NCBI GenBank assembly: GCA_035084275.1
Contig: CM068755.1
Coordinates: forward strand, 11,904,001-11,968,000
From: Hydrolagus colliei
Lineage: Eukaryota
DNA length: 64,000 nt
Direction of reading: 5' to 3'
In this document: in pieces, positions 26,526-40,539 of the stretch
Layout of the letters: every line of letters starts with the position of its first letter
How positions within the stretch are numbered: the stretch's first letter is position 1
Notes under the pieces: generated by a model
Database searches by the model: none
The model's input: the letters and a program-made list of their open reading frames with translations, nothing else
What the model was told of the DNA's origin: nothing
Translations under genes and position numbers: made by a program

Positions 26526-28618
26526 AATCATATGATTAATTAAAAGATCAAAGGCCAGATTGGAACCATAATACTATTTATCCATATTCCAACAGCTAGT
26601 GACATTCCATCAAGGCTTCTGTTAGAAATGAGAACGCTTGGTAGATAAGATAGTCTGAATCCTGACATTATCTTTGGGCGGGAAAATAAAAATTTGAACG
26701 ATCTCTCAAGTAAATATTGCCGAAACTCGAAAACACAAAATGGACCAGATAACTAATACCGTTTCAAAATTTTATTTTGCTCCCTAAAAATAGCACTCAT
26801 ACTGTTCTCAACAAAGATAATCTTATTTAAATTAGGTGGCTTTGGTATGCCGAGCTTTCGTAGAAAAATGTTTAGTTGGAATTTGCTTAAGGTTTGTTTA
26901 AAGCAAATTTCTTAAGTGCAATTTACGACAGGCCATTATCACAAATACTTCAAAGAGAAGATGATGCTCCATTGCTCCAAGCAACCCTTCACATCAAATA
27001 AAAGCTGTGTCTGGAACTGTTATCAGCTCAATAAATATCACATGCTATCTGAAGCCTGAAACAATACTGATTCTTAGAACACTCCTGTGATCACCTTCCC
27101 CTCCCCTTCCTCATTCGACGTCTGACCTCTTCCTTTAAAATGCTCTGAGATGTTACCCTTTGTGAAGAGCACTGTGTGCAAGCAAGCTGGCTGCTGTTGT
27201 TGTGACAAGATGTGGCATTTCATTTTTATGTGGGAGTGACAGATTTTCAAACTGTTTTAAATCCAAGAAATGTGTACTCCATTTTAACGTGCTGTTTTCT
27301 CTTTGGAGGCTGAATTCATGCGTTTAAGTACGGGATGTACCCATATGTTTGTTTGCATAGAATTCCTGTTATAATGGAGCATATTCATATCCTTTTGCCT
27401 AGTTCAATAGTTAGTTTTTTTTTCTATTAATTCACTTGGGCTAGTCCTTGAACCACACTGCAGTTTATACCACATTAATGTTTCCGTCTCTTAAGGTCAC
27501 ACTTGACACTATTCCTATAATATCATCCATCTGAGGAACCAGCTTACTAAGAAGCGTGGAGTAAAAGGCCTTCCACTGGGAAGATTAAACACAGTTTGAT
27601 TAGAGATGATGACAGGACCTGCACACTTCAGTGCAATTGATGTGAAGTCAGCGAGCAGATGGTTTCCATCTACATTACTCGAGCAGAATCCAAATCTCTT
27701 TTTATTGTAAACTAAATTGATTAAAAGGCAAACCATCAGCATTTTGTATTTTTAACCATCTTATTTTGCTGTCATCTTGGGATCCTACTCTGTTTTATTG
27801 TAATAATAATCATCCTTACGTTTGACATAGTGTGATTGAGACGTCTCAAAGCGCTTCACAGAATATACTGTAAAGTGAATTGACGAGATATTTTGTGGTC
27901 GAAACACAGTAGCCGATTAGGCACAGCAGTGTCCCATGAACAATTATGGATTGACTTCCCCCAATATATGTAGGTTAAAGATATTTAACACTTCTATTCA
28001 ATTTAGGATGGACTGGCACTTGGCTTGGCTGCAAGATGACAAATGTGCCAAAATCAATGAGACGATGAATAATGGTGTGCAATTTATGCCAAATGTAGTG
28101 TTTTAACTGGAATTATTTTCTCTTAACCACGTAATGCACAATGTAATCAATAATAATCCTTACATTTGGAACAGTAGCTTTCGTGTCAGGAGGACGTTTC
28201 AAAGAGCTTCACAGAATGTATAGTAAAGTGTAGTGCCTGCATTTGTAGAGAAACACAGTAGCCAATCAGTACACAGAATTATGCTACATGCAGTATTGCA
28301 GTACATCTGCAAAGAAAATCTGTCACTGGCACAAAGAACCCTTCTCTTGAATTTAAATGAATTGGACATTTTCTTAGATTTGACAGGTTTTAATTGTACC
28401 TTCTCTTTGCTGCTACATTTTGTTTCAGTGAAGGATTATTACTACTGTATTATGTAACAAAACTGATATTTAACTATATGTTGGAAAATCCAATTATAAT
28501 GAGGTTCTTTTGCTTAATAATAAATCTGAATCATGTTCAATTGTAGGTTATTATGGTTAAAGGCACAGAATATTATAGTTGAGACTTTATGTTTGATCTT
28601 TTTTCTTGTTAATTTGCT

Positions 28619-28995
28619 GGGTGACTGCGTGCCTGCCTCAGTTGGTAATACTGTACTATCATCTCTGAATGTTGTGGATTGAAGCCCCATATTTGTATTT
28701 TGAGCTCATAGTTTGACACTCTGGTGAAGCACTGCATTGTCGGAGGCATCATCCGTTGGAGGAGACTTTAGATCGAGATCTTGTCTGCCTGTTTGGGTGG
28801 ATGTTAAAAAAACCTTTTTCACAGTGAAAATAGAAGGCAGACCCACCCAACAATCCCCCAAATAAACTGAGTCAATCACTCCACGGTGGATGACTTGTTC
28901 GGCTGCAGTTAGAGAGTCACAAGACTTTGCTGTGAAGTGCTCGGGGATGTTTCGAAGGTGTGTTAAGATGTTATATCAAACAGAAGGATGATTAA
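28619..28995 (+). mobile_element. Ancient Deu-domain SINE remnant
   Basis: ctcagttggta head, gcactgcattgtcggaggcatcatccgttggaggagactttagatcgagatcttgtctgcctgtttgggtggatgttaaa core and an L2-like tail. Confidence 0.7.
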
Positions 28996-30770
28996 TACTT
29001 TCTCCTCCATTCATTTCTTGAGAGCATTTGACACAATTTCCCTCCTACCTGGGTAAAGTTCCTTGGGCACTCAACACCCTCTGGTACTTAATCCAAGAGG
29101 CCATTATCCAGTGTGAGTCTTGACAGCCTGTGTTGTCAGACCTCTTAACTGCAGAGGGCATCTCGACTCAAGTGAAAATCTGCTTATCAGAAATATGTTA
29201 TTTAAAGTATACCTTCAGCTTTCTTCGGGTCACAGCATTGAAGTTGATTGATTGACTCATTAAAAACATAGATTAGGACAAGTAGCTACTGAGACACACT
29301 GCAATATATTCAATGCATTTGTATTCTCTCCAAGGCAAATATTATTTCTTTGCGAAATACAAATGTCATCATCCCTTGTGCATGTGCATACGTGTATTTC
29401 AACCCAAAAGCCTCAGGTACATATGAGTCATCTACCTGCACAGTTTTATTGTTCAAATATCTGGGTACTTGATGACAGCCCTGCTTGAACACCAACTCAA
29501 GGAGAGTCAGCAGGCGTATCGCTTCTGAGCTTTTGAACAAATGTCTTCCAAAACTTTTAAATGATGTGCCGTAAATCTCCAGAGTAAAACTTTTTTCTCC
29601 TCCCAGCTTCCTCTTCCCTGCGGAAGGGATTGACTCCTTTTATTTCCTTCCACTGCAGTGTGATTCCACAGATTCCAATCACCTGTCAATGTGTCCATGT
29701 GTCCAATGTGTCCAAGTGCCCACTATTGACGTGTGATTTAGCACTTGATCGCGAACGTTTATGAGCTGTTCACTGTGCTGTCACATCCAAATTGATCCTG
29801 GTAGACATCTCCAGTCAGTCAATAGCCACAGGAGTAGAAACTTGGTCAATGCACCTTGCAAAACCTGGGGTACCAAGGTGGCACTGTCACAGTACATATG
29901 ACTTAGGTTCTCTCTCCCATAAAACTCTTGATAACTATTGCTTGGAAAACCTCAGGACGTTATCCTGGAGTTATTTGAATATATACGACATTTGTGCTTG
30001 TTTTCTGGATTGATCCCAAGGTGCCAAATTCAAACTACTTTGTGTTTAGGTTGAACACTGCATTCTCTTGAGTATTGAAGTCGTCTGATCGCTGTGCTTC
30101 AATTGAACGTTGCAGCATATAAGTAACAAGAATAAACAATAGTCAGGACCGAGTCATTTCAGAAATCAAAGTAGGAACAAAGCGTGTTTCCTCTATATTC
30201 AAAGTAAACCTTTAAGAGACTCAGGGAATCTTAAAAAAGAAGGTATTTGTTACAAGGTGTCAATAAGGCTATAGAATTATAGACCACGTGAAAGGTGTTG
30301 AATTTCACTTGTTTTGTTTAAAGCGATCATCAACAGCTGCCTAGAAAAATATGGTATGACTCAAGAACGTTTTCTCTGTGAGTAACATGGTGTTTTTTGA
30401 TCTTCAGAAGAATGACTGACAGTAATTGAACCTTACTCTACCTTTTTTTGTTTTATCTTAGTTAATGTCATGTTGCAGTCAACAAAACCGCAGTGAAATT
30501 CATGACAAATGATAACACGATAGTGTTGCTACATCATGAAAAGCTCTCTACCTCTGGTGTGCTCTAACATGCTCTCTCGGTGTTTTGGGGGGGATTTTGA
30601 CAATAAAGAATTTCATTACACTGGTACCAAAATACTTCCCAACATGTGCACTATTTGGCTAAGCAGAATTCAATTTGCGTTTCTCAAAATAAACCAGCTT
30701 TTAAATGAACACTGACGGATTTGGAATTTTAAGATAGGATAATAACTAAGAAAATAAATTAAAGAACACA

Positions 30771-31040
30771 CAGAGGATACAGTTCAAGATCCTGGTGCTC
30801 ACCTTCAAAGCCCTCCATGGCCTTGCTCAACCTTACCTCTGTGACCTCCTAACCCACTATCAACTATCCCGCTCACTCCGCTCAGCAGCTCCGGCCTGCT
30901 TCATGTCCCGAGCATTGCACAGGCAAACCTTCTGCCCTCTGCCTCCATTCTCTGGAATTCTGTTCTGCTTTGTGCCCCTCCCTTGCCTCTTTTAAGACCT
31001 GTATCAAGACCCTCCTCTTCGACCATGAGTTTGGTCACCT
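30771..31040 (+). mobile_element. L2 internal fragment
   Basis: cagaggatacagttcaagatcctggtgctcaccttcaaagccctccatggcc; reads LTFKALHGLAQPYLCDLL. Confidence 0.85.
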
Positions 31041-31824
31041 TCTTTCCATCTTACTTTGTAAAGCATCCCCATCTCATAAAGGGATAGCTAACAGCCTCTT
31101 TTACATTGATTTTTTTTTAAAAAACCAATTAAAACCAGATGTTAGCTTCATTAAAAAAAACATAGTAATGAAATCTGAAGTAAACAACATGTACTATTGG
31201 ATGAAATGTCACTATGAAGTTGGCCTGTTTAAACTCAAAAGTTGATAAGATCAGATTCAAGAGTTTTGTTTTGCACAAATGTACCATACGCTGGTTTGCT
31301 CTTTGTGGGAATAACAAAGATATGATGTGCCTCAGGGTATGTTGACGCCTGTAGTATTTGTTATTAGCTTAGAATACTCGAGATGTTCAATTCCTTTGAA
31401 TTGGACTGGAGAGAAAGTGTTCTGTTTAACAGCTGTCTTTATCGGTTGCTTGGTGTCAAATCAAATACTCTCAGCAGACCACAATGCCGGATCTGAGAAC
31501 TGGTGGTTTTCCTTCGCATATTGCATTCTCTTTTAATTACCATCAATTAATTCATAATTGTGTTTTAATTACTACTGAATTACATCTGTTCTGTATGCAG
31601 TGCAATCACAAAATGCCACACAGATGAGAAATTGTATTGACTGAACAAAATGCAATACTGGGAAGATGGATCACGGCTTCAAGCTGCTGTGAATTTTGTT
31701 CGAGCCTGATTACAGTTCGTGTTGGTGAAGACGTCATCATTGAAATGAATTACAATCGGGATATGGGTACTATTGGGATTCATCTGCTGCCCTCTCCTGC
31801 ACCAGGCTACATAAACCTATCAGT

Positions 31825-32262
31825 CCTCACTGACTCCACTGGTTTCCCATCACACAGAGGATTCAATTCAAGATCCTGGTCCTCACCTTCAAAGCCCTCC
31901 ATGGCCTTGTCCCCCCTCTAGCTCTGTGACCTCCTAGCCCCCCTATCAACCTATCCTTTCCCTCCGCTCTGCAGGCTACAGTCTGCTCCATGTCCCCCGA
32001 CCCACCCACTCTATGATCGGCGGGCAAGCCTTCAGCCACTGCCCCCAACCTTTGGAATTCCATCCTGCAATCCCTCCGCCTTACCTCTTCCAAGTCCCAC
32101 CTCAAGACCTTCCTCTTTGATTGTGCCATTGGTCGCCCTCATCCCCCACTTTCCTCCGGCCTCCCTGATACTGAACCCAGCTCGAGTCCAAAACACTGAC
32201 TGTCCAGTGTCTTGGGACGTCCTTCCGACGTGAAAAGCGCTATACAAATCTAATGTTGTTGA
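31825..32262 (+). mobile_element. L2-clade LINE 3' fragment
   Basis: Same body and tail as the other L2 copies. Confidence 0.88.
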
Positions 32263-32659
32263 TGGATTGGTTTTGCAGAGTTGTGTGGTGTCTTGAAACT
32301 ACAAGACTTTTAACGATTTGGAGCACAAAGGTTTCAAATTGTGTTCTCAATTTTGCAAACTGCAAGTTGCAATTAACCAAACCAATCTGGGTTACAATGA
32401 TGGCAAATTAGATCCCTTTCCTTGTACTGTACTTCAACAAATATATTGACCTGAGGGCGATTTCAGACTGGTTTACATGAGATATAACAAGATATCTCAT
32501 CTTGTCTCCTCCTGAGTGCTGGGGAGGGTTTCAGATCCGTTTCGTTAAATGCTGCACTGTGCCAACATTGTGGTGAGGTTTAAATAGTAGCAACACATAA
32601 CTCATCCCTTTCACTTATCCCATTTTAATGATATACTATCCAGTATCCACTGCACCTTT

Positions 32660-32980
32660 TACATGTCCTACCCGACCTGCCCTACCATCGGCGGACAGGC
32701 TTTCAACCTCTCTGCCCCCCACACTCTGGAACTCCATCCCTCAGTCCCTTCATCTCGCTCTCTCCCTCGTGTCCTTCAAGGCCAGTCTGAAGACCCTCCT
32801 CTTCGACCATGCCTTCTGCTTCCCTCTCAACTCTCTCCCTTCCCTCCTAACTCTCTCCTGCCACTCCCCACTACCCTTCTCCTCTCCCTTACTCGAGTCC
32901 CAACCTGATTGTTCAGTGCCTTGGGACGTCCTCCCGACGTGAAAGGCGCTCTATACATGTAATGTGGTTGTTTTTGTTGA
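32660..32980 (+). mobile_element. L2-clade LINE 3' fragment
   Basis: PTIGGQAFNLSAPTLWNSIP-type remnant and tail gggacgtcctcccgacgtgaaaggcgctctata. Confidence 0.88.
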
Positions 32981-33880
32981 TGCGTTGCCTTTCTTTCAGT
33001 CTCAGTGGTCAACTTTAAAAGCTAAGGTTTGGTGAAAAAGAGCCCCAAACCCCCCCAAAAAACCCAAATAGCAAACTTTGCATTTGAAATGCCATTTATG
33101 ATGTTGAAATGTCTCAAAGCATTTAATTGCAAGGAATTACTGTTGTTTGAAGGAATCGCTCTCATATTCACTGAGGGAAGAGCTAAAGGGAGTTCTGAGT
33201 TACCACCCACATAGGCTTGGTGCATTGAATTGCTTTCTTGTATGCTCTGATTTTGAGGTTTTTTAACAAACACTGGAGGTCTGAAATTCCACCTAGTCTT
33301 AGCTTATTACACCATTTTTGTTATAACTCTTAATTTGGAAGCCGATTTACTGCAATTCCTAAAAAGACCCGCTTGCGTAACAAGACTGAATGGCAAATTA
33401 GATCACTTTCTTTGTACTTCTCCCAGAGTTGAGTGGGATTTCAGTTGGCATTTTTCTCTATTCTATAGTCTTAAATGTTAAGACAAATGTTTGATAGGCC
33501 AAACCTTAGCTCACTTAAGGTTAAGGCACCTTCCCCTGCTCAAATTGTTGATATGTTGATACAGATTTCAATGGTAGAAGAAATTTCCCTCTTGGATCAT
33601 GTGTCGCTCAACTCCTTTTTTAACCTAAGTTGATCTGGCTGCAAAATAGAGATGCTGGCAGTACAAACACTTGGCCGGCTGGATGAGCTGGAATGTTGTG
33701 TTGAGATAGTACTTGAGAAACCAGCCAACGTGTTTCAAACTGTTCTTGTTCAATATCTACGCTGCACTTGGGAAATACAGAACCATTTAAGGATATTTAT
33801 TACAAGAGGAGAGAAGATAGCTGGCATTTTGAAAAAGTGTGAATATTCTTATCTTGTTTACAACAGTTAGAGTACATATT

Positions 33881-34192
33881 TGGAGTCCTGGAGCTCAATG
33901 GTTAGAGTACTCGCCTTACAAAGCGAGAGACCAGGGTTCGATTCTAGACAGGTTGAGTTACATTACTCCTCACGCCTGATATTAATCCCTCAAGAAATAA
34001 TACCAATGATAAATTGGTCATTTCAATCCACAACTGCTTGTAGGACACTGCTGTGCATAATTGGCGGCCACCTTTCACCCACAGTTATACAGTCGATTCA
34101 TTTTACACTATATTCTGTGAAGCAGTTTGAAACATCTATAAGATGCAAATAGTGCTATATCAAATGCAAGGATTATTATTATTATGATTATT
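33881..34192 (+). mobile_element. Near full-length tRNA-derived SINE with Deu-like body and L2-like tail (SINE2-1_CM-like)
   Basis: A and B boxes, ctgctgtgcataattggcggcc body, tail tgtgaagcagtttgaaac...gctatatcaaatgcaagg(ATT)n. Confidence 0.85.
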
Positions 34193-36179
34193 GTTTACTT
34201 GATATAAAAGGTCCTTGCCCTGTAGTTTGATTGCATTTGCAAGAGAGAAAACAAATCTATTTTCAGTCTTCACAGTATTGGCTTTCTCGAGGTGTCTACT
34301 TTCCATATAAAATCAACTCGGCTCATTTTGCTGGTCTAAGAACCTTTGTGGGCAAATTCTCTCTCGAGCTGCTGTCATTTACAATTGGATCTACATTGAA
34401 GTTGTGTGTTTTTGCATGAGAATGTTTGTTTTCTGGGACTGCAGTGTTGATGCTACTCTTAAGCAATGTGACACGCATGCAAAAGAGGTAAAACGCGCTC
34501 ACTCTGCTGATTCTCTGACCTGAACAATGTTTTTGCAGACAGCTTACGGTGGAAGGAGAGAGAAAAACTTGAGTTGAGATTGCACTGCGTCGCTTGTCTC
34601 TCTAAGTCTTAACTAAACGAGTGCCATCGGAAGAGATCTCCGAGCACGTTTCCCACTGTAGCAGAATGCTGCATCGTGAGAGATTTTAGGAAAGGGGAAA
34701 TTGGACCATAACCTTTGAAACAAATGTTTTTTTTAAAAAAATTGCGGCAGCACCCCAGAATCTTTTAATCACTGTTTACGTTTCTCATGGGAACAATCTG
34801 TGTTCATGCGTCACTTGTGGAATAGACTGTTCGCCGACTTAAAGTTATCACTCAGTTTTGTTTTTCTGGGTTTTGGTCTGATTCAGCTTTTTTCTACCAA
34901 AAACATGAACAATTGGTTCACTTAATAAATTGGAAAATACTTTATGTTGCGCAATTTGGCTGTTGCATTCGTCGACAAAGTACAGTCATCTACACTTTTC
35001 AGTAAAAATCCTGTGAAGCGCTTGGAGACATCCTCCTGAAATGAAAGGCACTGTATCAAATGCAAAGATTATATTTTACAACAATTTCCATTTCATATCT
35101 TTATTCAAACATAAAGAGGGTAAAAATTGGCAAATGTATTTGTTTAAACCATTATTTATTTCGCTGAAGCCTCCACAAAAGCCATGGGAATAGATTTCTG
35201 TTTGGAAGTCATCCAATTTCTCTCCTCTTGTAAATTGTTTGTCTGTGCTGGTCCCTGAAATCGGCACATTTAACATTTTCTAATTTCATTATTTCTGAAA
35301 GGCTATAAAAATTCAATTTTTGTCCATTTGAGTTCACTTTTTCCCTTGTGAAAATTAAAGGTCACTGACATTAAAAATGCCTTTAAATTTGGCAAAAACA
35401 AGGAAATATCATGATCTTGTGTCATAAGTTTTTTTAATAAACAAATTATCTTTTTGGAAGTGGTTGTATGATATAAAAAAAACAGCATGAGGTTTATTGG
35501 CAAATGCCATTATAGGAATACATTATAGTATTAGAATTTTCCTGTTTACTATACTGTATTGTCAAAGTGTCCTATGTTAGAACACTGCTGTAGGCATTAG
35601 ACTAATGAAGTTCATTAAATAGACATAGCCACCCAAGGAGCTCAGCCTCCCAGGGTTCGAATCCTGTTATCTGAGTCCATGGAGGTCATTAAATTCCTAG
35701 TGATGGTATTGTGTTAGTGTTTGCATAAGCTGCCATCTTCCATGTACACTTCCTGAGCAGTTTATAATTTGCTACTAAATCAGGATGAAATATACAATGG
35801 GTCAAAAAAGCCTAGTCCAGTATATTGCTAGTATTTCAGAAGCTTTATGAGGTTTTTACTGTTCCAATTCCAGGAGTATAAACCATAACCCAAACTGTTT
35901 TATTGTGCATTTCAATCATATGACTGTTGCCTGGCCATATAGAAGCAATGAAATACAGAAGGTGCATTCCAATGAGAGTGTGTTTCATGAGTTGCAATGA
36001 TCTTGAACGTTGGTATGTATTGTGACCTTCTAACCTTGGGAAGGCACTATAACATGGGTGTAATTTATATACTTTATCTCCAGCACCATTACTCGGAAAT
36101 AGAATGCTACTGCAATGTTTTTTCCTGAAGTTTCCGTGATGCAATTATACATTTCACTCGGCACCAAAATCAGGAGTGT

Positions 36180-36300
36180 TTGGATGTGCGGAAGAGCCAG
36201 AGCAAGAGGGACAAGTTCAAGCTTGTGAAGGGTAGTTTTAGGCAAAACACAAGAAAAAAAACTCTTTTATTCATCGGGTAGAGGGTATGATACTGGACGT
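36180..36300 (+). mobile_element. Old CR1 fragment
   Basis: agagcaagagggacaagttcaagcttgtgaagggtagttttagg...ttttattcatcgggtag, corresponding to the TRGHxxKL...FF-x-RV region. Confidence 0.5.
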
Positions 36301-36437
36301 ATGGACAAACCTAATCGATGGAGTAAAGAGAGGTGGGAAGCTAGAAGGTTGAGATCAAGTGGGTTGAAGGCTTGTCTCAACCATTTTTGTGAAAATAGTT
36401 GCTTGGCTTTTCCTTTTATTTCATAATATGAGTGGGA

Positions 36438-36485
36438 GTGTGTGTGTGTGTATATATAATATGTATATATATACACACACACACA
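36438..36485. repeat. Compound (GT)n-(AT)n-(AC)n self-complementary microsatellite
   Basis: gtgtgtgtgtgtgtatatataatatgtatatatatacacacacacac. Confidence 0.85.
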
Positions 36486-38387
36486 ATCTGTTACTGGAGA
36501 TAATGTTATCATTCGAAAAGCTTCCAATAATTTTTTTTATAAACGCCTGAACTGGTGGCTTTGGCTACCAGCCAATATGGTGACTTTCACTGCTTGCACA
36601 ATACTCACAGTGGACTTTCAACACTTTGTCATGGAATATTTGCCTTAATGTAATTAGATTGAAAAAGGCAAGCATTAAAACCTAATGATCAGCATCGCCT
36701 GAAAGCAAGGTAAGCACACACCAACCACTTGCTTCTTGCTCTCTTAGTCATTCAAAACATTTAATCACATTTTCTTGTTGTAATGACTGTATACCTTAAT
36801 TTGTTATTAAAAAGGGTAAGGGAATCATGTACCTTTTGATTCAGAAAGTATAGTAGCACTTATCCTGGATTTACTTTGTTTTGCTTTTTTTTACTCCTTC
36901 CCCAATTTCTCCAGTCCCTCTCTTATACATGCTGACTTACACTGAGGAACATGTCTACAGGTCACCCTGGCTGAAATTAGCTAACTCACCCTATTCATCC
37001 TCTGTGACTTGGTTACATACTGGCCTTCCCAATGTGCAAATTTTACCGACTTGGGAAATCTTTTGCAGGAAGGCATTGAGCAAAAATGTTTTCCCTGCCC
37101 ATAGTTAATATGTAAAATACTAGAATATTATTCAGAACTTGAAACTTACTTTAGTACTCTTTGATTGACTGACTTCATACAAAAACATATTGTAGTCTCG
37201 TAAGCTGTTTCATTCTATGGAACATTTGACCTTCCCTCTCCATACATATGACCTTCAATTGTTATACCGATGTTTATCTGTCTTTTTTGAGGCAAGTAAT
37301 TACAGTATTTGTTGCTTTTCTCAAGTATTTATTCTCTATTGAATATTTTTGGGGGTGGGGTAAAGTTTATTTTTATCTTGTTTTGCATATGTGGTAAGTT
37401 TGCACTGGATCATAAACCCTCTCAATGTTTTCTGCAGTCAAACCATTTCCAGTATTTTATGGTGTATTACCAGTGAAGTCCTAATTATATGTTAAATGTT
37501 TCATTGTCTTGCTGTACTTTTCACATTGAATCAATGCAAAATGCAACTCAATAACCGATCTCAAGCTGAATGAATTCATTAAAAGTAATGAGAAACTGCC
37601 TCAAGGAAACATTTCCAGCCAATGGGTTACTGAATAAATGTTTTCCTGAATCTCCTGGCAACAAATGGATATGGAAAACCCGCTTTCTACATGCATTCTG
37701 TTGGGATTCCTGATGTGGTGTATTTTTGGGAACCCAGAGGCTTTAGCATAGCCTTAATCATAGTCATCAAATTTTAAGATTGTGCAGAATCGTTTGAGTA
37801 AATATTAATTCAAACTTGATTTAGAAGCTTCTTCTTTGCTTCCATGCGACACTGTACAGACAAACGTTTGACGTTTACAGTATTTGGGGAGTTTTTCTTA
37901 ACATTCATTTTGTAGGCCTTATTCTAAAGATTCCAGAGAAAGCAAACAATTTGCTCATTTGAATGTGACCCGAGTCAGGAGCTAAGTAATATAAATTATT
38001 AAAAAGTTCCAGTTTTCGGTTCCTGGCCACTGAACTGACGCTTTGAGCTTTGGTACTGAGTAGCAGAGACAGCCTGTTTCGAGTATTGCTGATAGGGTTT
38101 ATTAAGCAGTGCATAGCTGCGATGCAAATGCTAACTGAGCAGCCAGTTATTATCTTCGTGGGTGCAAAGGAAAGGTTAATGACTGCAGCAACTGGCATGT
38201 TTTATCCCCTAGGCCAATGTATGAGTGTGTCTCTTGCTCTCTCACTCTCTCTCTCACCAAATCGTGAAATATTTCCAATATTAATTTTCTCTCATTGCGG
38301 GATCAAATAATTTCTCACCTTATCTTACTGTATCAGAAATGAATTATCTACTAGACATGTATTCTTGCTGTTTGTCTCCTGCAAGAA

Positions 38388-38707
38388 TAAATAATAATAA
38401 TCATAATAATAAATCTTGCATTTGACTTATCAAATCTTCGCGATGAATCATAGTGCTTTTGGGCAAAATACAGCAGTGTCCACAAACAGTCATGGAACAA
38501 GTGATCAAATTATTATTATTTTTGATAGGATTGTTACTTATGGAAAAGTGATTTGCCAATCGACTAACAACCGGGTTCCTACTTACTGCTGGGACAATAG
38601 GTATGTGCAGTAAGTAAACTTGCCCAGTGTTTTGCCCCGCCGAGGAATCAAACCCAGGTCCTCTCGCTTACGAGGGGAGTGCTCTAACTGCTAAGCTACA
38701 GGACTCT
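38388..38707 (-). mobile_element. tRNA-derived SINE, same family
   Basis: (AAT)n tail at left; reverse head gaatcaaacccaggtcctctcgcttacgaggggagtgctctaactgctaagctacaggactc. Confidence 0.8.
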
Positions 38708-39644
38708 ACGTTAAGACTTGCAGATAAGATCATGTGTTTGTCTCGTAAATGACAATAACAAACATAGATGTTGTCTTGTATCATCTTTACTTATATTAAA
38801 TTGCTTTATCCCCTGGTAATCGGATATCTTAGGCTTATAAGAAGAAATAGATGACCTGAAATCTGTTATGTATTGGCATAGTTCCCCTTTTCCTACTTTT
38901 CTGCTCCTCTCCCCCACTGCTGAGTCATGCATTTCCATCATAGAACCATAGAAATATATAGCACAGAAGGCCTTTTGGTCTACCTTGTGTCTGTTGACAC
39001 TTTTAAAGAGTAATCCTTTCAGAGACGATGAGTCAATCTCCCCGAACACCCAATTGCTGACTGCAGCTACTAAACAGTGTTATCGAAATCCTTGCTTTTG
39101 ATATCATAATGATCCTTGTATTTGATGTATCGCCTTATCACATCGTCAATGTCTCAAAGGGCTTTACAGGAATGAAATATAGGCACCTTTAAGATCCAAA
39201 ATGTTATAAAGCGCTTCTTAAGCAAATGCAGTCACGTTCAATGACAATATGTGTGGGCACAATGTTGGCAACCATTTGACTACGGTACTTACTGAGCAAC
39301 TGCATTCCAAATGCAGCAATGTTTGCAACAGCCAAGCCTAGCATTACTGAACCCGAAATACACTTACATAGTGAGTGACGCTCACAGTCACTGTTTAATT
39401 TCATTTGACTCATGGTTCACCAGATACAGAGTTCTCTTGTGGCCAGATTAATATTAATGAACTGAATGGTCGATGGCAGGATACTCATGAATAAACAAAT
39501 CTTAGCTAATAAAAACTTTTGCCCTTTTGCTGTGGATTTTGTTGGCCTAATTGTAACCACTGTGTAACATATGTCAGATTATGATGCTGCATGAAGATTG
39601 CATCTTTGAATGGGTTTTCTGTTGTAAAGGGGTTTTGTTACATC

Positions 39645-39889
39645 GACTATTTGGGTTTTAAGTAGGAGACAGACATTCAAAAAGTTACCCGGAGGATAAT
39701 TGGCTTGTGGTGATCAAGTGTGTGTCACATTGTCAGGATCTGATCCCTCAATATCAGATCTTCCTATCATTATGGAGACTTTACCAAGATTTGGAATATT
39801 CACCTATTAAAGGGTAACATGGGCTGGGAATAAACCATCATGGGACTAGTTAGCTTCACTCAATTGATCATGCGTTTTTGCAATTGTAT
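39645..39889 (+). pseudogene. Degenerate 28S (LSU) rRNA fragment, domain V / peptidyl-transferase region
   Basis: Colinear matches to conserved 28S sequence: ttgggttttaagtaggag, aaaagttaccc..ggataattggcttgtgg, tgatccctcaatatcagatcttcctatcatt, accaag..ttgga..ttcacctattaaaggg..aacatgggctggg, gttagcttcac. Many substitutions and no flanking rDNA. Confidence 0.85.
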
Positions 39890-40539
39890 AGTAGCCTTCA
39901 CCATAATCTAGCCTTTCGATTTTTGCTGTGGATAATGCATTTCAAAGCAGTGATAGGTACTTTCAAGCATTCAGGAGGAAGTATTGATCAGGTTATTATT
40001 CCACAAGGAAAAGATTAGCACACATTCTGTAACAAAGAGACTTCCCGGTTTACTCTTGAGTCTGATTTCAAGAAACAGCCATTCAAAATCACGGATGTAC
40101 AGAAACAATCCATTCTAGACATTAGATCTGTGCGAGTGATATTCTCCATTTAATTTAATCCTGCTCATTAGCTCCCTTCTCAGACTCTTTAGGATTCCTC
40201 TATTGTTTTCTCTAGCAATTTAGCTGTGTGCAATTTTCACTACCTTCAATTACTTAAGTATTAAACCAAATAAATTCTAAATGAAACGAGGTGGATCTAA
40301 TTGAGACCAAAATTGTAACTGCAAAGTGGAACCCGTTCAGAATACTGTACTATTTACAGCAGTTTATTGTTGTAGATAGATCAATTCCATTTTAAAAGAA
40401 TGTTGTTGCGTTATCGATCACTAAAAATCATAACAATTCCATTGCAATTTATATGGGTTGCTGTGCACTTCCCTTTGTGTAATTGAGCTGGTGTGATATG
40501 ATTAAAACCAAAAGAGATTGATAGATCCACATAAGAATA

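Noticed and set aside
29685-29718. Short (atgtgtcc/a) tandem repeats
   Set aside because: Simple slippage repeat with no spacers; not CRISPR-like.
37960-38220. Repeat-free stretch with an octamer motif that looks like a conserved enhancer
   Set aside because: Conservation cannot be judged from one sequence.
28868-39412. Apparent clusters of AP-1 motifs (TGACTCA/TGAGTCA)
   Set aside because: The total count in the window is close to chance expectation for a 7-mer.
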